Positions 9,650-19,283 of a stretch of 64,000 nucleotides of DNA are shown here, one piece after another. The notes beneath the pieces are model-generated. The model made no database searches. It was given only the letters and a program-made list of their open reading frames with translations, and was not told the DNA's origin. The position numbers and the translations under genes are program-made. Positions within the stretch are counted from its first letter, which is position 1, and each line of letters begins with the position of its first letter. Where the stretch lies: NCBI GenBank assembly GCA_022823725.1, contig JAJEHL010000023.1:65561-129560 (forward strand), read 5' to 3'. The DNA comes from Candidatus Latescibacterota bacterium. GTDB taxonomy: Bacteria; Latescibacterota; UBA2968.

Positions 9650-11026
9650 CTACTCACGGCGCAGGGGTTCTGCAAAGCGTTGTACCATTTCCCGACGGAG
9701 GCGGAGAATGGCGTTGTTTTCGTCCAATTCAACGTCGGATTGGTGTATGGGTTGCCCCGCAGCGATTTTGTGTTTCAGCTTGAGATTGTGAGCCAGACCA
9801 ATGGGCAGGGTGTTGGATGTACGAGCCTGATCGGCTGGCCTGAGTTTGCCGTACACGCAATATCCGCCTTCGCCGTCCAGGACTTCTCCCCGAAAGAGAT
9901 CGCGTTTTGCAGTAGCGACAACGTCTGCATTAAAAACAACAGGCGCGCCGCTGGCTTCGCCGCGCAAGCCAGCGCGCAAGACGCTGGTGGTGAGTTCCAT
10001 GCCAACCAGGTGGTAAGGACGGTAGATGGCCGTGTAACGTCCAGTGGAATCAGTGGGAAGGCCGTATTCGGAGAAACAGCGGCGGATGTAGTCTCCGGGG
10101 GCTTCGATGGTGACGTAAACTCCCCAGCGCAGATCCCGATCTACAGGGGTTCCGTCTGGTTGCAGACTGGAAACGACTTCGACGGTTCCTTTGTGGGAAA
10201 GTTGCCCCCCGTCGCTATGAGGTCGGCAAATATCGGGTAGCTGGTCGATGCCGCAGGGCGGGAATTTCAGGCCTTCGGGCTGGGGATTCAGACCGGTGGC
10301 ATTTGAGACAGCGGCCATTTCAATGGCGGATTTTGTACCGTCCAAAAAGGAGTTGAACATACGGGGGTTCAGACCGCCTTTTGCAGCGGTTTCAGCATCC
10401 AAACCGTAGTGCTCCCAGACAGTATCAGGTGTGGATGTGTGGTACGCGGGCCGGTATTTGGTGCCCTTGCCAGCACAGACAATGTCGAAGCCGTTGGTCT
10501 GAGCCCATTCAACCAGTTCACAGATCAGAGCCGGTTGGTCGCCATAGGCAAGGGTGTACACGAGGCCAGCGGATGCTGCACGTTGGGCCAGGATGGGACC
10601 GACCAGGACGTCTGCTTCGACATTGACCATGACCAGATGGCGCCCGTGTTCGATGGCCTGAAGGGCGTGGTGGATACCTGCGAGAGGATTGCCAGTGGCT
10701 TCGACCAGAACGTCCAGACCGTCCGCCCGGATGAGGGCATCGCCGTCATCGGTGAGATAGGTGGCACCGGTTTTGAGGGCCTGATCGAAGTCGGTTGCGA
10801 CAAATTGTTCGGGTGGCCACTCAGCGCGCGTAAGGGCTTCACGCGCCCGGTGCAGGGATAGATCGGCCACACCCAGGACGTGCAGACCCGCAACGCGACG
10901 GGCTTGAGCCAGGAACATGGTGCCGAACTTTCCAGCGCCGATGAGGCCCACGCGAAGGGGATTTTTAGACTCGGCGCGGGCGGTTAGCAGGTGTAAGAGT
11001 TGACCGTTTGCCAAAGGATTCCCCAC
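9650..11026 (-). CDS. NAD(P)-binding dehydrogenase, homoserine-dehydrogenase-like with C-terminal SAF domain (COG4091-like)
   Basis: 458 aa. RVGLIGAGKFGTMFLAQ Rossmann motif. The C-terminal region resembles a SAF domain. The start is uncertain: GTG at 11026 with no clear RBS, or a nearby TTG. Confidence 0.55.
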   Translation of the reverse strand: MGNPLANGQLLHLLTARAESKNPLRVGLIGAGKFGTMFLAQARRVAGLHVLGVADLSLHRAREALTRAEWPPEQFVATDFDQALKTGATYLTDDGDALIRADGLDVLVEATGNPLAGIHHALQAIEHGRHLVMVNVEADVLVGPILAQRAASAGLVYTLAYGDQPALICELVEWAQTNGFDIVCAGKGTKYRPAYHTSTPDTVWEHYGLDAETAAKGGLNPRMFNSFLDGTKSAIEMAAVSNATGLNPQPEGLKFPPCGIDQLPDICRPHSDGGQLSHKGTVEVVSSLQPDGTPVDRDLRWGVYVTIEAPGDYIRRCFSEYGLPTDSTGRYTAIYRPYHLVGMELTTSVLRAGLRGEASGAPVVFNADVVATAKRDLFRGEVLDGEGGYCVYGKLRPADQARTSNTLPIGLAHNLKLKHKIAAGQPIHQSDVELDENNAILRLRREMVQRFAEPLRRE

Positions 11027-11065
11027 AAGAAAAGTAAGGTTAAAATCGCCACACGGAAGAACATC

Positions 11066-11986
11066 TCACACCTCAATAGGCCTCGTAATATCTACACCGG
11101 GCAGCATTTTGTGCAATAGTGATTTCAAGTGGTCGGCAGTGATTGGGTCGATATTTGCGCCGGGATGGCGCACGTAGCTGCTGGCGATCAGGCCGCGCAG
11201 GCGGAAGATCTCCTTGCGGAGAGCCACCCCTGGTTGCTGCTCGTACACGATGAGCGGCAGGTATCGGTGATAGATGTCGTGTACGGTGTCAAAGTCTTTA
11301 TTTTTAGCGCCCCGGACCAGGGCGAGCAAAACTTCGGGAAAGGCAAAACCGGTCATAAAACCGTGAGCGCCACGGGTCAGATCAAAAGCGCCGTAGAGAG
11401 CGCCGAGGCCGGTGAGAATGGTGACCGCACGGTCTCCAATACCGTTCAAGAGAGCGGTAATCTTGGGCGGGGTGGGCACGGCCTCTTCTTTGATGCAGGC
11501 GACGAGCGGAATGTCGCGGACGAGGCGCAGGATGAGAGAGACGGACATGTGGACCTGGGTGGAGGCGGGGTGGTCCTGTACAACGATGGGAATGGAGATG
11601 CCTTCGGCCACCTGCTGAAAAAATTCGAAGATGCGGTCTTCGTTGGGCACGGATTCGCGCGAGGGAGTGACCATCACACCGGCGGCGCCGAGAGATTCGG
11701 CCATCAGGCTGAGTTCAAGGGTCGCCCGTGTGCCGCTGTAGCTCGTGCCCACGATAACGGGGATGCGCCCTTCTGCGGCACCCACAGCGGTTTTAATAAG
11801 CCGTTCTCGTTCGGCATCCAGCATTCGGTTGGATTCACCGAGTACGCCAATGATGGTAACGCCGTTTACACCGACATCGACCATAAAGCGTACCGTTCGA
11901 TCAAAAGATTCCAGATCGAGGTTGCCATGGTCATCGAATGGGGTGACCAGGATGGGAAAGACGCCTTTAAAGGTTACGGATGCCAT
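11066..11986 (-). CDS. DapA-family (DHDPS/NAL superfamily) lyase, second paralog
   Basis: About 306 aa. FPILVTPFDDHGNLDLESF...GVLGESN...Y is the DHDPS signature. The ATG at 11986 is preceded by aggagaa. The track ORF begins one codon earlier at a TTG. Confidence 0.8.
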   Translation of the reverse strand: MASVTFKGVFPILVTPFDDHGNLDLESFDRTVRFMVDVGVNGVTIIGVLGESNRMLDAERERLIKTAVGAAEGRIPVIVGTSYSGTRATLELSLMAESLGAAGVMVTPSRESVPNEDRIFEFFQQVAEGISIPIVVQDHPASTQVHMSVSLILRLVRDIPLVACIKEEAVPTPPKITALLNGIGDRAVTILTGLGALYGAFDLTRGAHGFMTGFAFPEVLLALVRGAKNKDFDTVHDIYHRYLPLIVYEQQPGVALRKEIFRLRGLIASSYVRHPGANIDPITADHLKSLLHKMLPGVDITRPIEV

Positions 11987-12005
11987 CAATGGGTTCTCCT
12001 AATTT

Positions 12006-12854
12006 TTAATTCAACGGCACACCTTCAATTGTAATGCGGTGCATGAGACGTCGCTGTCCCGGATAATCATTGAGCGCGCAATGCCATGTGGCGCGGTTAT
12101 CCCAGATGGCGAGGGCATCTTTTTCCCAGCGAATCCGGCATGTAAAATCCGGTTGGGAAGCGTGCTGGTACAAATACTGAAGCAAAGATTGGGATTCTTC
12201 TTTTTTCCATCCCTCAATTTGAACCGTGAATATGGGATTTACGTAAAGTGCTTTGCGACCGGAGATAGGGTGCCTTATGATTATGGGATGGACAGCATCC
12301 TGCGTGGCGAGTTCGGGATTGCCAATGCGACCGCTTGGATCAGGCTCTCTGCCGTTCATCGCTCCAAAAACATGTCGGCTGGAGTGCAGGGCATTTAAGC
12401 TTTCGAGCATCTCTCGCAACCCCGGCGAGAGGGTTTCGCAAGCCCTGTACATACTGGCAAACATCGTATCGCCACCAAACTCGGGAACTTCTCGTGCGTA
12501 GAGAATCGAGCCGAGTGCGGGAATGGTATCGTAAGAATGATCGGTATGCCAATTATGACCGATATTGGTTTTCTGATCGGGTTCTTTTCGCACCTCGGCG
12601 ATAATGGGATTCTCCACTACTCTCGAAAAAAATCGATTGACATTGATATCTCCCCAGCGCCGGGCAAATGCGATGTGTTGTTCCTGCGTGAGGGACTGAT
12701 TGCGAAAGAGAATCACGCTGTAATCTGAAAAGGCCCGATAGATTTCAGCGAATTGTTCATCGTCGAGATCCGACGCAATATCAACGCCTTCAATTTCAGC
12801 ACCGAGTGCCCCAGATAGAGGTTTCACGTCGATGGTGCGATATGGTGTGTCCAC
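12006..12854 (-). CDS. TauD/TfdA-family Fe(II)/2-oxoglutarate-dependent dioxygenase
   Basis: 282 aa. WHTDHSYDTIPALGSILYAREVPEFGGDTMFAS is the TauD HxD...H facial triad context. GTG start. Confidence 0.8.
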   Translation of the reverse strand: MDTPYRTIDVKPLSGALGAEIEGVDIASDLDDEQFAEIYRAFSDYSVILFRNQSLTQEQHIAFARRWGDINVNRFFSRVVENPIIAEVRKEPDQKTNIGHNWHTDHSYDTIPALGSILYAREVPEFGGDTMFASMYRACETLSPGLREMLESLNALHSSRHVFGAMNGREPDPSGRIGNPELATQDAVHPIIIRHPISGRKALYVNPIFTVQIEGWKKEESQSLLQYLYQHASQPDFTCRIRWEKDALAIWDNRATWHCALNDYPGQRRLMHRITIEGVPLN

Positions 12855-12894
12855 GATTTATATCCTTTCTCAATTATTCCACTATCTCATCCTC

Positions 12895-13938
12895 TCACCA
12901 CCGAACTTTTCCCGTGAACGCAACGCCTTTTTCGCCTTTGACAATGCGTCCGATGGGATAAGCCTGGCATCCCTCGCTTTGCAGGTGCGCGTTGATTCTC
13001 TCCACAGAATTTTGGGCGCAGACAAGCGCCATCCCCACACCCATATTAAAAGTTCTCAGCATATCGTCTTCTGGAACCGAACCCTCTGCGCGAATCGTTT
13101 TGAAGATAGGGAGGACTTGAAGTAATGAGAGATCAATCACAGCCTGACAGGTCTCGGGAAGAATACGAGACAGGTTGTCCTGGATACCGCCACCTGTAAT
13201 ATGCGCCATACCCTTCAAATCCTCGTCCCTAAACAAGCCCTTCAGAGGCTGATAATAGCACTGATGCGGGCGCAAAATCATATCGAGAAAGGACATCCCC
13301 TGAATATCCCGGTCTTTCAACTCCGGCTTATTCTTCAACAATGCCCTGACAAGCGTATAGCCATTGGTATGCAGTCCATTGGATGCAAGCGCGAGAACCG
13401 CGTCCCCCTCCTCAATTGCAGAGCCATCAATAATACTGTCCCTATCGACAACCCCAATAGCCGAAGCACTTAAAATATACACCCCATCTTCCACAACCCC
13501 TGGCTGAACAGACGTTTCCCCCCCCGTCAGTGTACATCCCTGAGTCTCGCAAGCATCGGCAATTCCCCCAACGAGCGCTTTGACAACAGCGGGATCGAGT
13601 TTGCCGCAGACGATACAATCTTGCACATAAAAAGGATCAGCGCCCATAACGATAATATCGTTGATCAAATGATTGACCAGATCATAGGCAATAGACGTGA
13701 CGCTTCCGTGTTCAAACGCCAACTTTTGCTTTGAACCAGGCTCCTCGGTTTTTAGCACGAGAATGGGATGATCATACCCCTCAAAACGACCATCGACCAG
13801 ACTGCCGAAGGCCCCCAATTTATTGAGCACCCTCGAATCCCCGCGCCCGATATTTGAAGCCATATCTCTTTTAACAGCATCTGTTTCATCAATATTGACG
13901 CCACTCTTTGAATAAGACAAAGACTCATCGTTTTGCAC
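12895..13938 (-). CDS. purM: Phosphoribosylformylglycinamidine cyclo-ligase (AIR synthetase)
   Basis: 347 aa. YSKSGVNIDETDAVKRDM...LGAFGSLVD and GGIQDNLSRILP are PurM N- and C-domain motifs. Confidence 0.9.
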   Translation of the reverse strand: MQNDESLSYSKSGVNIDETDAVKRDMASNIGRGDSRVLNKLGAFGSLVDGRFEGYDHPILVLKTEEPGSKQKLAFEHGSVTSIAYDLVNHLINDIIVMGADPFYVQDCIVCGKLDPAVVKALVGGIADACETQGCTLTGGETSVQPGVVEDGVYILSASAIGVVDRDSIIDGSAIEEGDAVLALASNGLHTNGYTLVRALLKNKPELKDRDIQGMSFLDMILRPHQCYYQPLKGLFRDEDLKGMAHITGGGIQDNLSRILPETCQAVIDLSLLQVLPIFKTIRAEGSVPEDDMLRTFNMGVGMALVCAQNSVERINAHLQSEGCQAYPIGRIVKGEKGVAFTGKVRW

Positions 13939-13962
13939 TACAGCCCTCCTATTTGTCCAAAC

Positions 13963-15147
13963 TCAATCCGCTGGCGAAGCCAACTTGCCCAAAACTGCGC
14001 GGCGCACCAGATCCAGCCCCTGAATAACCAACCATCGGCGGATGTGATCTGAATCCTGAAAACGGCGGCTCTCAATACAGGCTCGCGCTTGCGGATCAGG
14101 GCCATAGACAGCCATAAATGTCGCGCAGCCTTCATAGGGGCCAACCAATGCCAGCCCTACACCTCCTTCTGGCGCAATCCTTTGAGCTATAACTTCGGTC
14201 AAAGCACGAGGATCGTCCTTTCCATCCATATTAACCTCTCCTTGCGCGACCACCACATCACCAGCGTCATTCTCCTCAAACTCTCGCACCACCTGGCCGT
14301 CTGTCAGTGTATCTACCACCCCAATTGCCAACCCCTTTTCCCGCAACAACGCCCCCACAACCTCGGCCACTGTCTCCTTCCCCGTACCGTAAATCGCAAC
14401 CCCCAGCCGCTTCCTGAGCTCCGCTTCCATCGGCGCAATCAACGCATCGGCTTCTTCCTCTGTATCCGCTTTTGCCGCCACACGCACATCCGTCTGCCCG
14501 GCATGCGCCGCCAATCCCACCGTTGGATTGCTCTCACTCATCAAATCCCCAATTGTGCGATCAATATTGCTCTCGCCCACCGCACATGTTCGCAACACGC
14601 GCACCTTGGTAATTTTGCTCCCGCCCATGCGGTCGATCAAAATCGGGATCACGACCTTGTGCAACATATGGTCCAATTCTCTCGGCACTCCCGGAAGTGA
14701 AATCACACAACCGCGTCCCCTGATATCTTCACTCAAAAAACAAGGTGCCGTGCCCACGGGGTTCTCCAGTGGCATTGCGCCTTCGGGAATATACGCCTGG
14801 CGTTTGTTATTATCTGCCATCTCACGACCAAAATTGCGAAATCGCGATGCAATCTGATTTTCCAACACCCTACTGTAAACGAGCTTGCGCCCCGTTGCAC
14901 GCGCCACACATTGCCGCGTCATATCATCCACCGTAGGACCAATCCCCCCTGATGTCAGAATTACATCTGACCGATCCAGCGCGATATTCAAAACGCTCGC
15001 AATCCGATCTTCATTGTCCCCCACAGTCGTCTTATACAACAAATCCATTCCAATATCGCGCAGCGCTTTGGCAAACATCGTGGCATTGGTATCTACAATT
15101 TCGCCCAGCAACAACTCCGTCCCAATCATCACAATCTCAGCTTGCAT
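13963..15147 (-). CDS. cinA: CinA-family protein (MoCF-biosynthesis-like N-domain plus NMN amidohydrolase PncC-like C-domain)
   Basis: MQAEIVMIGTELLLGEIVDTNA is the canonical CinA N-terminus. The likely start is the ATG at 15147, preceded by ggagga. The track ORF extends to 15171. Confidence 0.85.
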   Translation of the reverse strand: MQAEIVMIGTELLLGEIVDTNATMFAKALRDIGMDLLYKTTVGDNEDRIASVLNIALDRSDVILTSGGIGPTVDDMTRQCVARATGRKLVYSRVLENQIASRFRNFGREMADNNKRQAYIPEGAMPLENPVGTAPCFLSEDIRGRGCVISLPGVPRELDHMLHKVVIPILIDRMGGSKITKVRVLRTCAVGESNIDRTIGDLMSESNPTVGLAAHAGQTDVRVAAKADTEEEADALIAPMEAELRKRLGVAIYGTGKETVAEVVGALLREKGLAIGVVDTLTDGQVVREFEENDAGDVVVAQGEVNMDGKDDPRALTEVIAQRIAPEGGVGLALVGPYEGCATFMAVYGPDPQARACIESRRFQDSDHIRRWLVIQGLDLVRRAVLGKLASPAD

Positions 15148-15272
15148 GTCTCCTCCACTCATTTTTTGCACATAATGGAACTCTATGTTATGTTTTGAAG
15201 TCTCAACAAAGGTAAGAATTACAACCAGAGACGCAATAAGAATTAAAAATGAAAAATTAAGAATTGAGAATT

Positions 15273-15962
15273 ATGAGCCATCCAAACGCAGCCCTCGCAG
15301 TTCAAAACCTCACCCGCACCTACACGAGCGGGGGGCATCCCCTCACCGTTTTGGACAACGTCACATTCACCATTCCCAAAGGCCAAACCTGTGCGATAGT
15401 AGGACCTTCGGGCAGTGGAAAAACCACGCTACTTGGTCTGTGTGCCGGCCTTGATCGCCCAACATCGGGCACGGTTACCCTTCACAGCATGGCCCTCGAC
15501 AGCCTCGACGAAGATCAACGCGCAGCCGTGCGAAATGAATACGTGGGATTTGTCTTTCAGAGCTTTCAACTCATCCCCACCCTCACCGCCATTGAAAATG
15601 TCGCGGTTCCCCTCGAGCTACGCGGTAAAAACGGTGTGTTTGGCGAAGCGAGAGAATTGCTCGACCGCGTGGGATTGGGCGACCGCTTGACGCATTATCC
15701 CACCCAGCTATCGGGTGGGGAACAACAGCGCGTGGGCATTGCACGCGCCTTTATCAACCAACCGCGCATCCTATTTGCCGACGAGCCTACGGGTAACCTC
15801 GACGCCGACACCAGCCATACCATCGCCAATCTACTCTTTGACCTCAACCGCGAAGCGGGCACAACCCTCATCCTCGTCACACACGATCACGACCTCGCCG
15901 CACGCACGCAGCGCATCATCCACCTGCAAGGTGGAAAAGTGGATCAGGATGTGCAGGATTAA
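15273..15962 (+). CDS. ABC transporter ATP-binding protein (LolD/YbbA/MacB-ATPase-like, COG1136)
   Basis: Walker A GPSGSGKTTLL, Q-loop, signature LSGGEQQRVGIARA, Walker B ILFADEPTGNLD. The ATG at 15273 is the likely start. The track starts at a TTG at 15264. Confidence 0.85.
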   Translation: MSHPNAALAVQNLTRTYTSGGHPLTVLDNVTFTIPKGQTCAIVGPSGSGKTTLLGLCAGLDRPTSGTVTLHSMALDSLDEDQRAAVRNEYVGFVFQSFQLIPTLTAIENVAVPLELRGKNGVFGEARELLDRVGLGDRLTHYPTQLSGGEQQRVGIARAFINQPRILFADEPTGNLDADTSHTIANLLFDLNREAGTTLILVTHDHDLAARTQRIIHLQGGKVDQDVQD

Positions 15963-16006
15963 AGGATGAACAGAATACCCCTCTCCATTCCTAATTCCTA
16001 ATTCTC

Positions 16007-18568
16007 ATGGATCGAATCACCAGCATTAACAATCAAACCTCCAGCCCACTCTTCAACGCATGGACCTGGCGCATGGCCTGGCGCGATAGCCGCACGTATC
16101 GCCGCCGATTGTTGCTCTTTATTTCGTGCATATTGCTCGGCGTGGGTGGGCTCGTCGCAGTTCGCGCTTTGGGCGATAATCTGCAACGCGTTGTCGAAAA
16201 TGAAGCGCGCACACTTTTAGGTGCTGATTTGCGCGTCAGCAGCCAGCGCGCTTTCGCCCCTGCGGTTGATTCCCTATTTAACTCATGGGGTGGGGAGCAA
16301 TCTCGAGAAGTGCGCTTTGCTTCGATGGTCTTTTTTCCCAAAAACGGCGGCACCCGCCTGGTACAGGTGCGCGCACTACAAGGCGACTTTCCCTATTACG
16401 GCACATTTGAAACCAATCCGCTACAAGCGGCGAAGACCTTTCAGCAGACCCATCACGCGCTGCTCGACGAAGGCTTGCTCGTCCAATTTGGGGTTCAGGT
16501 CGGCGATTCCGTGCGAATTGGCCACCACACCTTTGTCATAGGCGGACGCATTACAAACATATCGGGCGAAGCCATGGCCTTTGCCACAGTGGCACCCCGC
16601 GTGTACATTCCCCTATCGCATCTCGATAAAACAGGCCTCATCAAATTTGGCAGTATAGCGTCTTATGTGGCCTATTTTAAGTTTGATAGCAACACGAGAA
16701 TCGGATCCATCCAGCGCGAACTTCGCCCCTATCGCGGGGATCAAAATTTGCGTACTGAAACCGTTAGGAGCCGCCAACAACGCCTCAACCGCATATTGGA
16801 TAATCTCTACATCTTCCTCAGTCTTGTCGCCTTTGCCGCCCTCTTGCTCGGATGTATTGGCGTTGCCAGTGCCATTCACGTCTATACGCGCCAAAAAATA
16901 ACAACCGTCGCCATCCTGCGCTGCATGGGCGCGCAATCGAATCAGATCCTCTGCATTTACGCCATCCAGGCCATCGCACTGGGTCTTATTGGTACGGGCT
17001 GCGGTTCTCTCCTCGGTGTGGGTATTCAGTATCTCTTGCCCGGTGTTCTCGCACAAATCCTGCCTATTGAACTCGATATTCAGTTTTCCTATTGGGCGAT
17101 CATTCAAGGCACCGGCATTGGCCTGAGTCTGTCGCTACTCTTCGCCCTGCTCCCCCTGTTGCCCATTCGCCGCACATCGCCCCTGCACACCTTGCGGGCA
17201 TCTTTTGAAAACGCGCGATCTCAAATAGACCCTCTGCAGCTAATGACCATCGGTGGGATCTGTCTCATTGTCACGGGATTGGGCATTGTGCAAACCAGTA
17301 GCATCAGCGTTGGAATTGGCATTGCCTTCGGGTTTGGCATTGCCTTTGGACTGCTCATAGGAGCATCGTGGCTTATCATCAAAACCGTTCGCCGCTTCTT
17401 TCCCACAACCTGGCAATACGTGTGGCGACAGGGCCTGGCCAATCTCTATCGCCCACACAATCAGACCGTAATTCTCATGCTCGCCCTGGGCCTCGGCACC
17501 TTCCTCATCACCACGCTCTATATTGTGCAACACGCCCTGCTCGCTCAAATCGCCATCGCGGGGAGCGACAACCGCCCCAACTTTGTGCTCGTCGATGTGC
17601 AAACCGATCAGATCGAAGGCGTCAGCGCGTTGCTCCGCAAACAGAGCCTCCCCGTCATCCACCATGCCCCCATCATCACCATGCGTCTGAAGAGCATCAA
17701 AGGTCAAGAGGCGCAATCCTACGGCAGAATACACGACGTGCGTCGCTGGGCAATTCAACGCGAATACCGCTCGACCTATCGCAATCACCTCTTCGACTCA
17801 GAACGTCTCGTAGGCGGCACCTGGATCAATGAGAACTGGACAGAAGAACCCATCCCCGTTTCTTTTGAACGCGACATTGCCCGCTCGCTTCGCGTCTCAC
17901 TTGGCGATACCCTGACCCTCGATGTCCAGGGTGTGCCCATTCAAACCACAGTACAAAGCCTGCGAGAAGTTGACTGGCAGCGCATCCAACCGAACTTTTT
18001 CATCGTCTTTCCCAAAGGCGTACTCGAAACCGCTCCGCAGTTTCACGTCTTGACCACGCGCATAAACACAACGGAACAATCTGCTATTCTACAACGCACG
18101 CTGGTTCAACAATACCCCAATGTCTCGGCTGTTGACCTCGGCCTCATTCTCAAAACTGTTGATGACGTACTCTCACAAATCGCCTTTGTCGTGCGCTTCA
18201 TGGCACTCTTTAGTGTGATTACCGGACTCATTGTGCTAACTGCCGCAGTCACCACCAGCCGCTATCAACGCATCCAGGAAGCCGTTTTGCTGCGTACTCT
18301 GGGGGCCTCTCAAAAACAGATTCGCCGCATATTCTTGCTGGAATACGCCTTCCTGGGCGCACTCGCTACCCTGACGGGACTCATGCTCTCTATTGGCGGA
18401 GCCTGGGCTGTCACCATCTTTATTTTCGACATTCACTTCACCCTGCCCACTGCAGCCCTTGCTGGCGTTTTTGTCCTCGTCACCACGCTCACCATCATTG
18501 TCGGCATGCTCAACAGCCGCGGTATAGCCGACCGTCCTCCACTCGAAATTTTGCGAGGCGAAGTGTGA
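16007..18568 (+). CDS. FtsX-like ABC permease with large periplasmic domains (YbbP-like, COG3127)
   Basis: 853 aa. It has two FtsX-type 4-TM modules, each preceded by a long periplasmic segment. It sits adjacent to the ATPase above. Confidence 0.8.
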   Translation: MDRITSINNQTSSPLFNAWTWRMAWRDSRTYRRRLLLFISCILLGVGGLVAVRALGDNLQRVVENEARTLLGADLRVSSQRAFAPAVDSLFNSWGGEQSREVRFASMVFFPKNGGTRLVQVRALQGDFPYYGTFETNPLQAAKTFQQTHHALLDEGLLVQFGVQVGDSVRIGHHTFVIGGRITNISGEAMAFATVAPRVYIPLSHLDKTGLIKFGSIASYVAYFKFDSNTRIGSIQRELRPYRGDQNLRTETVRSRQQRLNRILDNLYIFLSLVAFAALLLGCIGVASAIHVYTRQKITTVAILRCMGAQSNQILCIYAIQAIALGLIGTGCGSLLGVGIQYLLPGVLAQILPIELDIQFSYWAIIQGTGIGLSLSLLFALLPLLPIRRTSPLHTLRASFENARSQIDPLQLMTIGGICLIVTGLGIVQTSSISVGIGIAFGFGIAFGLLIGASWLIIKTVRRFFPTTWQYVWRQGLANLYRPHNQTVILMLALGLGTFLITTLYIVQHALLAQIAIAGSDNRPNFVLVDVQTDQIEGVSALLRKQSLPVIHHAPIITMRLKSIKGQEAQSYGRIHDVRRWAIQREYRSTYRNHLFDSERLVGGTWINENWTEEPIPVSFERDIARSLRVSLGDTLTLDVQGVPIQTTVQSLREVDWQRIQPNFFIVFPKGVLETAPQFHVLTTRINTTEQSAILQRTLVQQYPNVSAVDLGLILKTVDDVLSQIAFVVRFMALFSVITGLIVLTAAVTTSRYQRIQEAVLLRTLGASQKQIRRIFLLEYAFLGALATLTGLMLSIGGAWAVTIFIFDIHFTLPTAALAGVFVLVTTLTIIVGMLNSRGIADRPPLEILRGEV

Positions 18569-18652
18569 TCCGCAGGCATGTCCCCCGTATAAGCATGTGC
18601 CGTAGGGATGATGCAGATGAAAAAGAAGGGCTGAGGGACAGGGGCTGGTTCG
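18569..18652. repeat. Intergenic modular repeat, copy R5 (reverse orientation relative to R3/R4)
   Basis: The reverse complement reads ccagcccctgtccctcagcccttctttttcatctgcatcatccctacggcacatgcttatacgggggacatgcctgcgga. This matches R3 and R4 modules. It lies between convergent gene ends. Confidence 0.6.
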
Positions 18653-18656
18653 GCTA

Positions 18657-19283
18657 TTACTGCTCACCGCTCTCCAAAACCGGTTTAAGCACACGCCACA
18701 CGGTTTCTGCTATAATTCGATGCCCTTCAGCATTGGGATGAATGCGGTCTGGCAGATTCAGTTCTGGAATCCCGCCAACCCCTTTTAATAAAAAGGGGAT
18801 CAAAAGCATGCCATTCTTTTCAGATAGAGCGGGGAATACCGCGCGGAAAGCAGTCGTATATACATCTCCCAAATTTGGCGGTGCTTCAATACCCATAAGT
18901 ATGATCTGAATATCTGGATACTTCTCTTTTGCGCGGTCTATAATCCCCTGCAAATTTTGCTGCATTTCAGTCGTGGGAATCCCCCGCAAACCATCATTGC
19001 CACCCAATGCCAGCACCAGCACATCGATTTTTCGCCGCAGCAACCAGTTGACTCGCCGCAACCCTCCCGCCGATGTCTCGCCACTCAGTCCGCCATTGAT
19101 CACATCAAACGCCCACCCGAGCGAATCGATCTTTGCCTGAATCAGCGCGGGAAAAGCCTGCGCTTTATCCAGGCCATAACCCGCGGTCAGGCTATCTCCC
19201 AAAAATAAAATCGTCTTGCGATCTTCTTCTGCATGAGCCGTCCATATCAATCCGAACAAAATAACGATAGTAAACCGCTTCAT
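18657..19283 (-). CDS. SGNH/GDSL hydrolase, TesA-like arylesterase/lipase, secreted
   Basis: MKRFTIVILFGLIWTAHA signal peptide. ILFLGDSLTAGYG is GDSL block I, followed by GGNDGL. The ATG at 19283 has RBS gggagag. The track ORF extends to 19379. Confidence 0.8.
   Translation of the reverse strand: MKRFTIVILFGLIWTAHAEEDRKTILFLGDSLTAGYGLDKAQAFPALIQAKIDSLGWAFDVINGGLSGETSAGGLRRVNWLLRRKIDVLVLALGGNDGLRGIPTTEMQQNLQGIIDRAKEKYPDIQIILMGIEAPPNLGDVYTTAFRAVFPALSEKNGMLLIPFLLKGVGGIPELNLPDRIHPNAEGHRIIAETVWRVLKPVLESGEQ

Noticed and set aside
9605-10861. Plus-strand ORFs of 211 and 150 aa inside the COG4091-like gene
   Set aside because: They are antisense to a gene with a clear Rossmann motif and have no RBS or recognisable domains.
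11129-12034. 301-aa plus-strand ORF, Gly/Asp-rich, covering the DapA-like gene
   Set aside because: It is antisense to a gene with strong DapA-family motifs. The low-complexity glycine-rich translation is typical of the reverse strand of GC-rich coding sequence.
16613-17788. Minus-strand ORFs of 164 and 182 aa inside the FtsX-like permease gene
   Set aside because: They are antisense to a clear multi-TM permease, with low-complexity composition.
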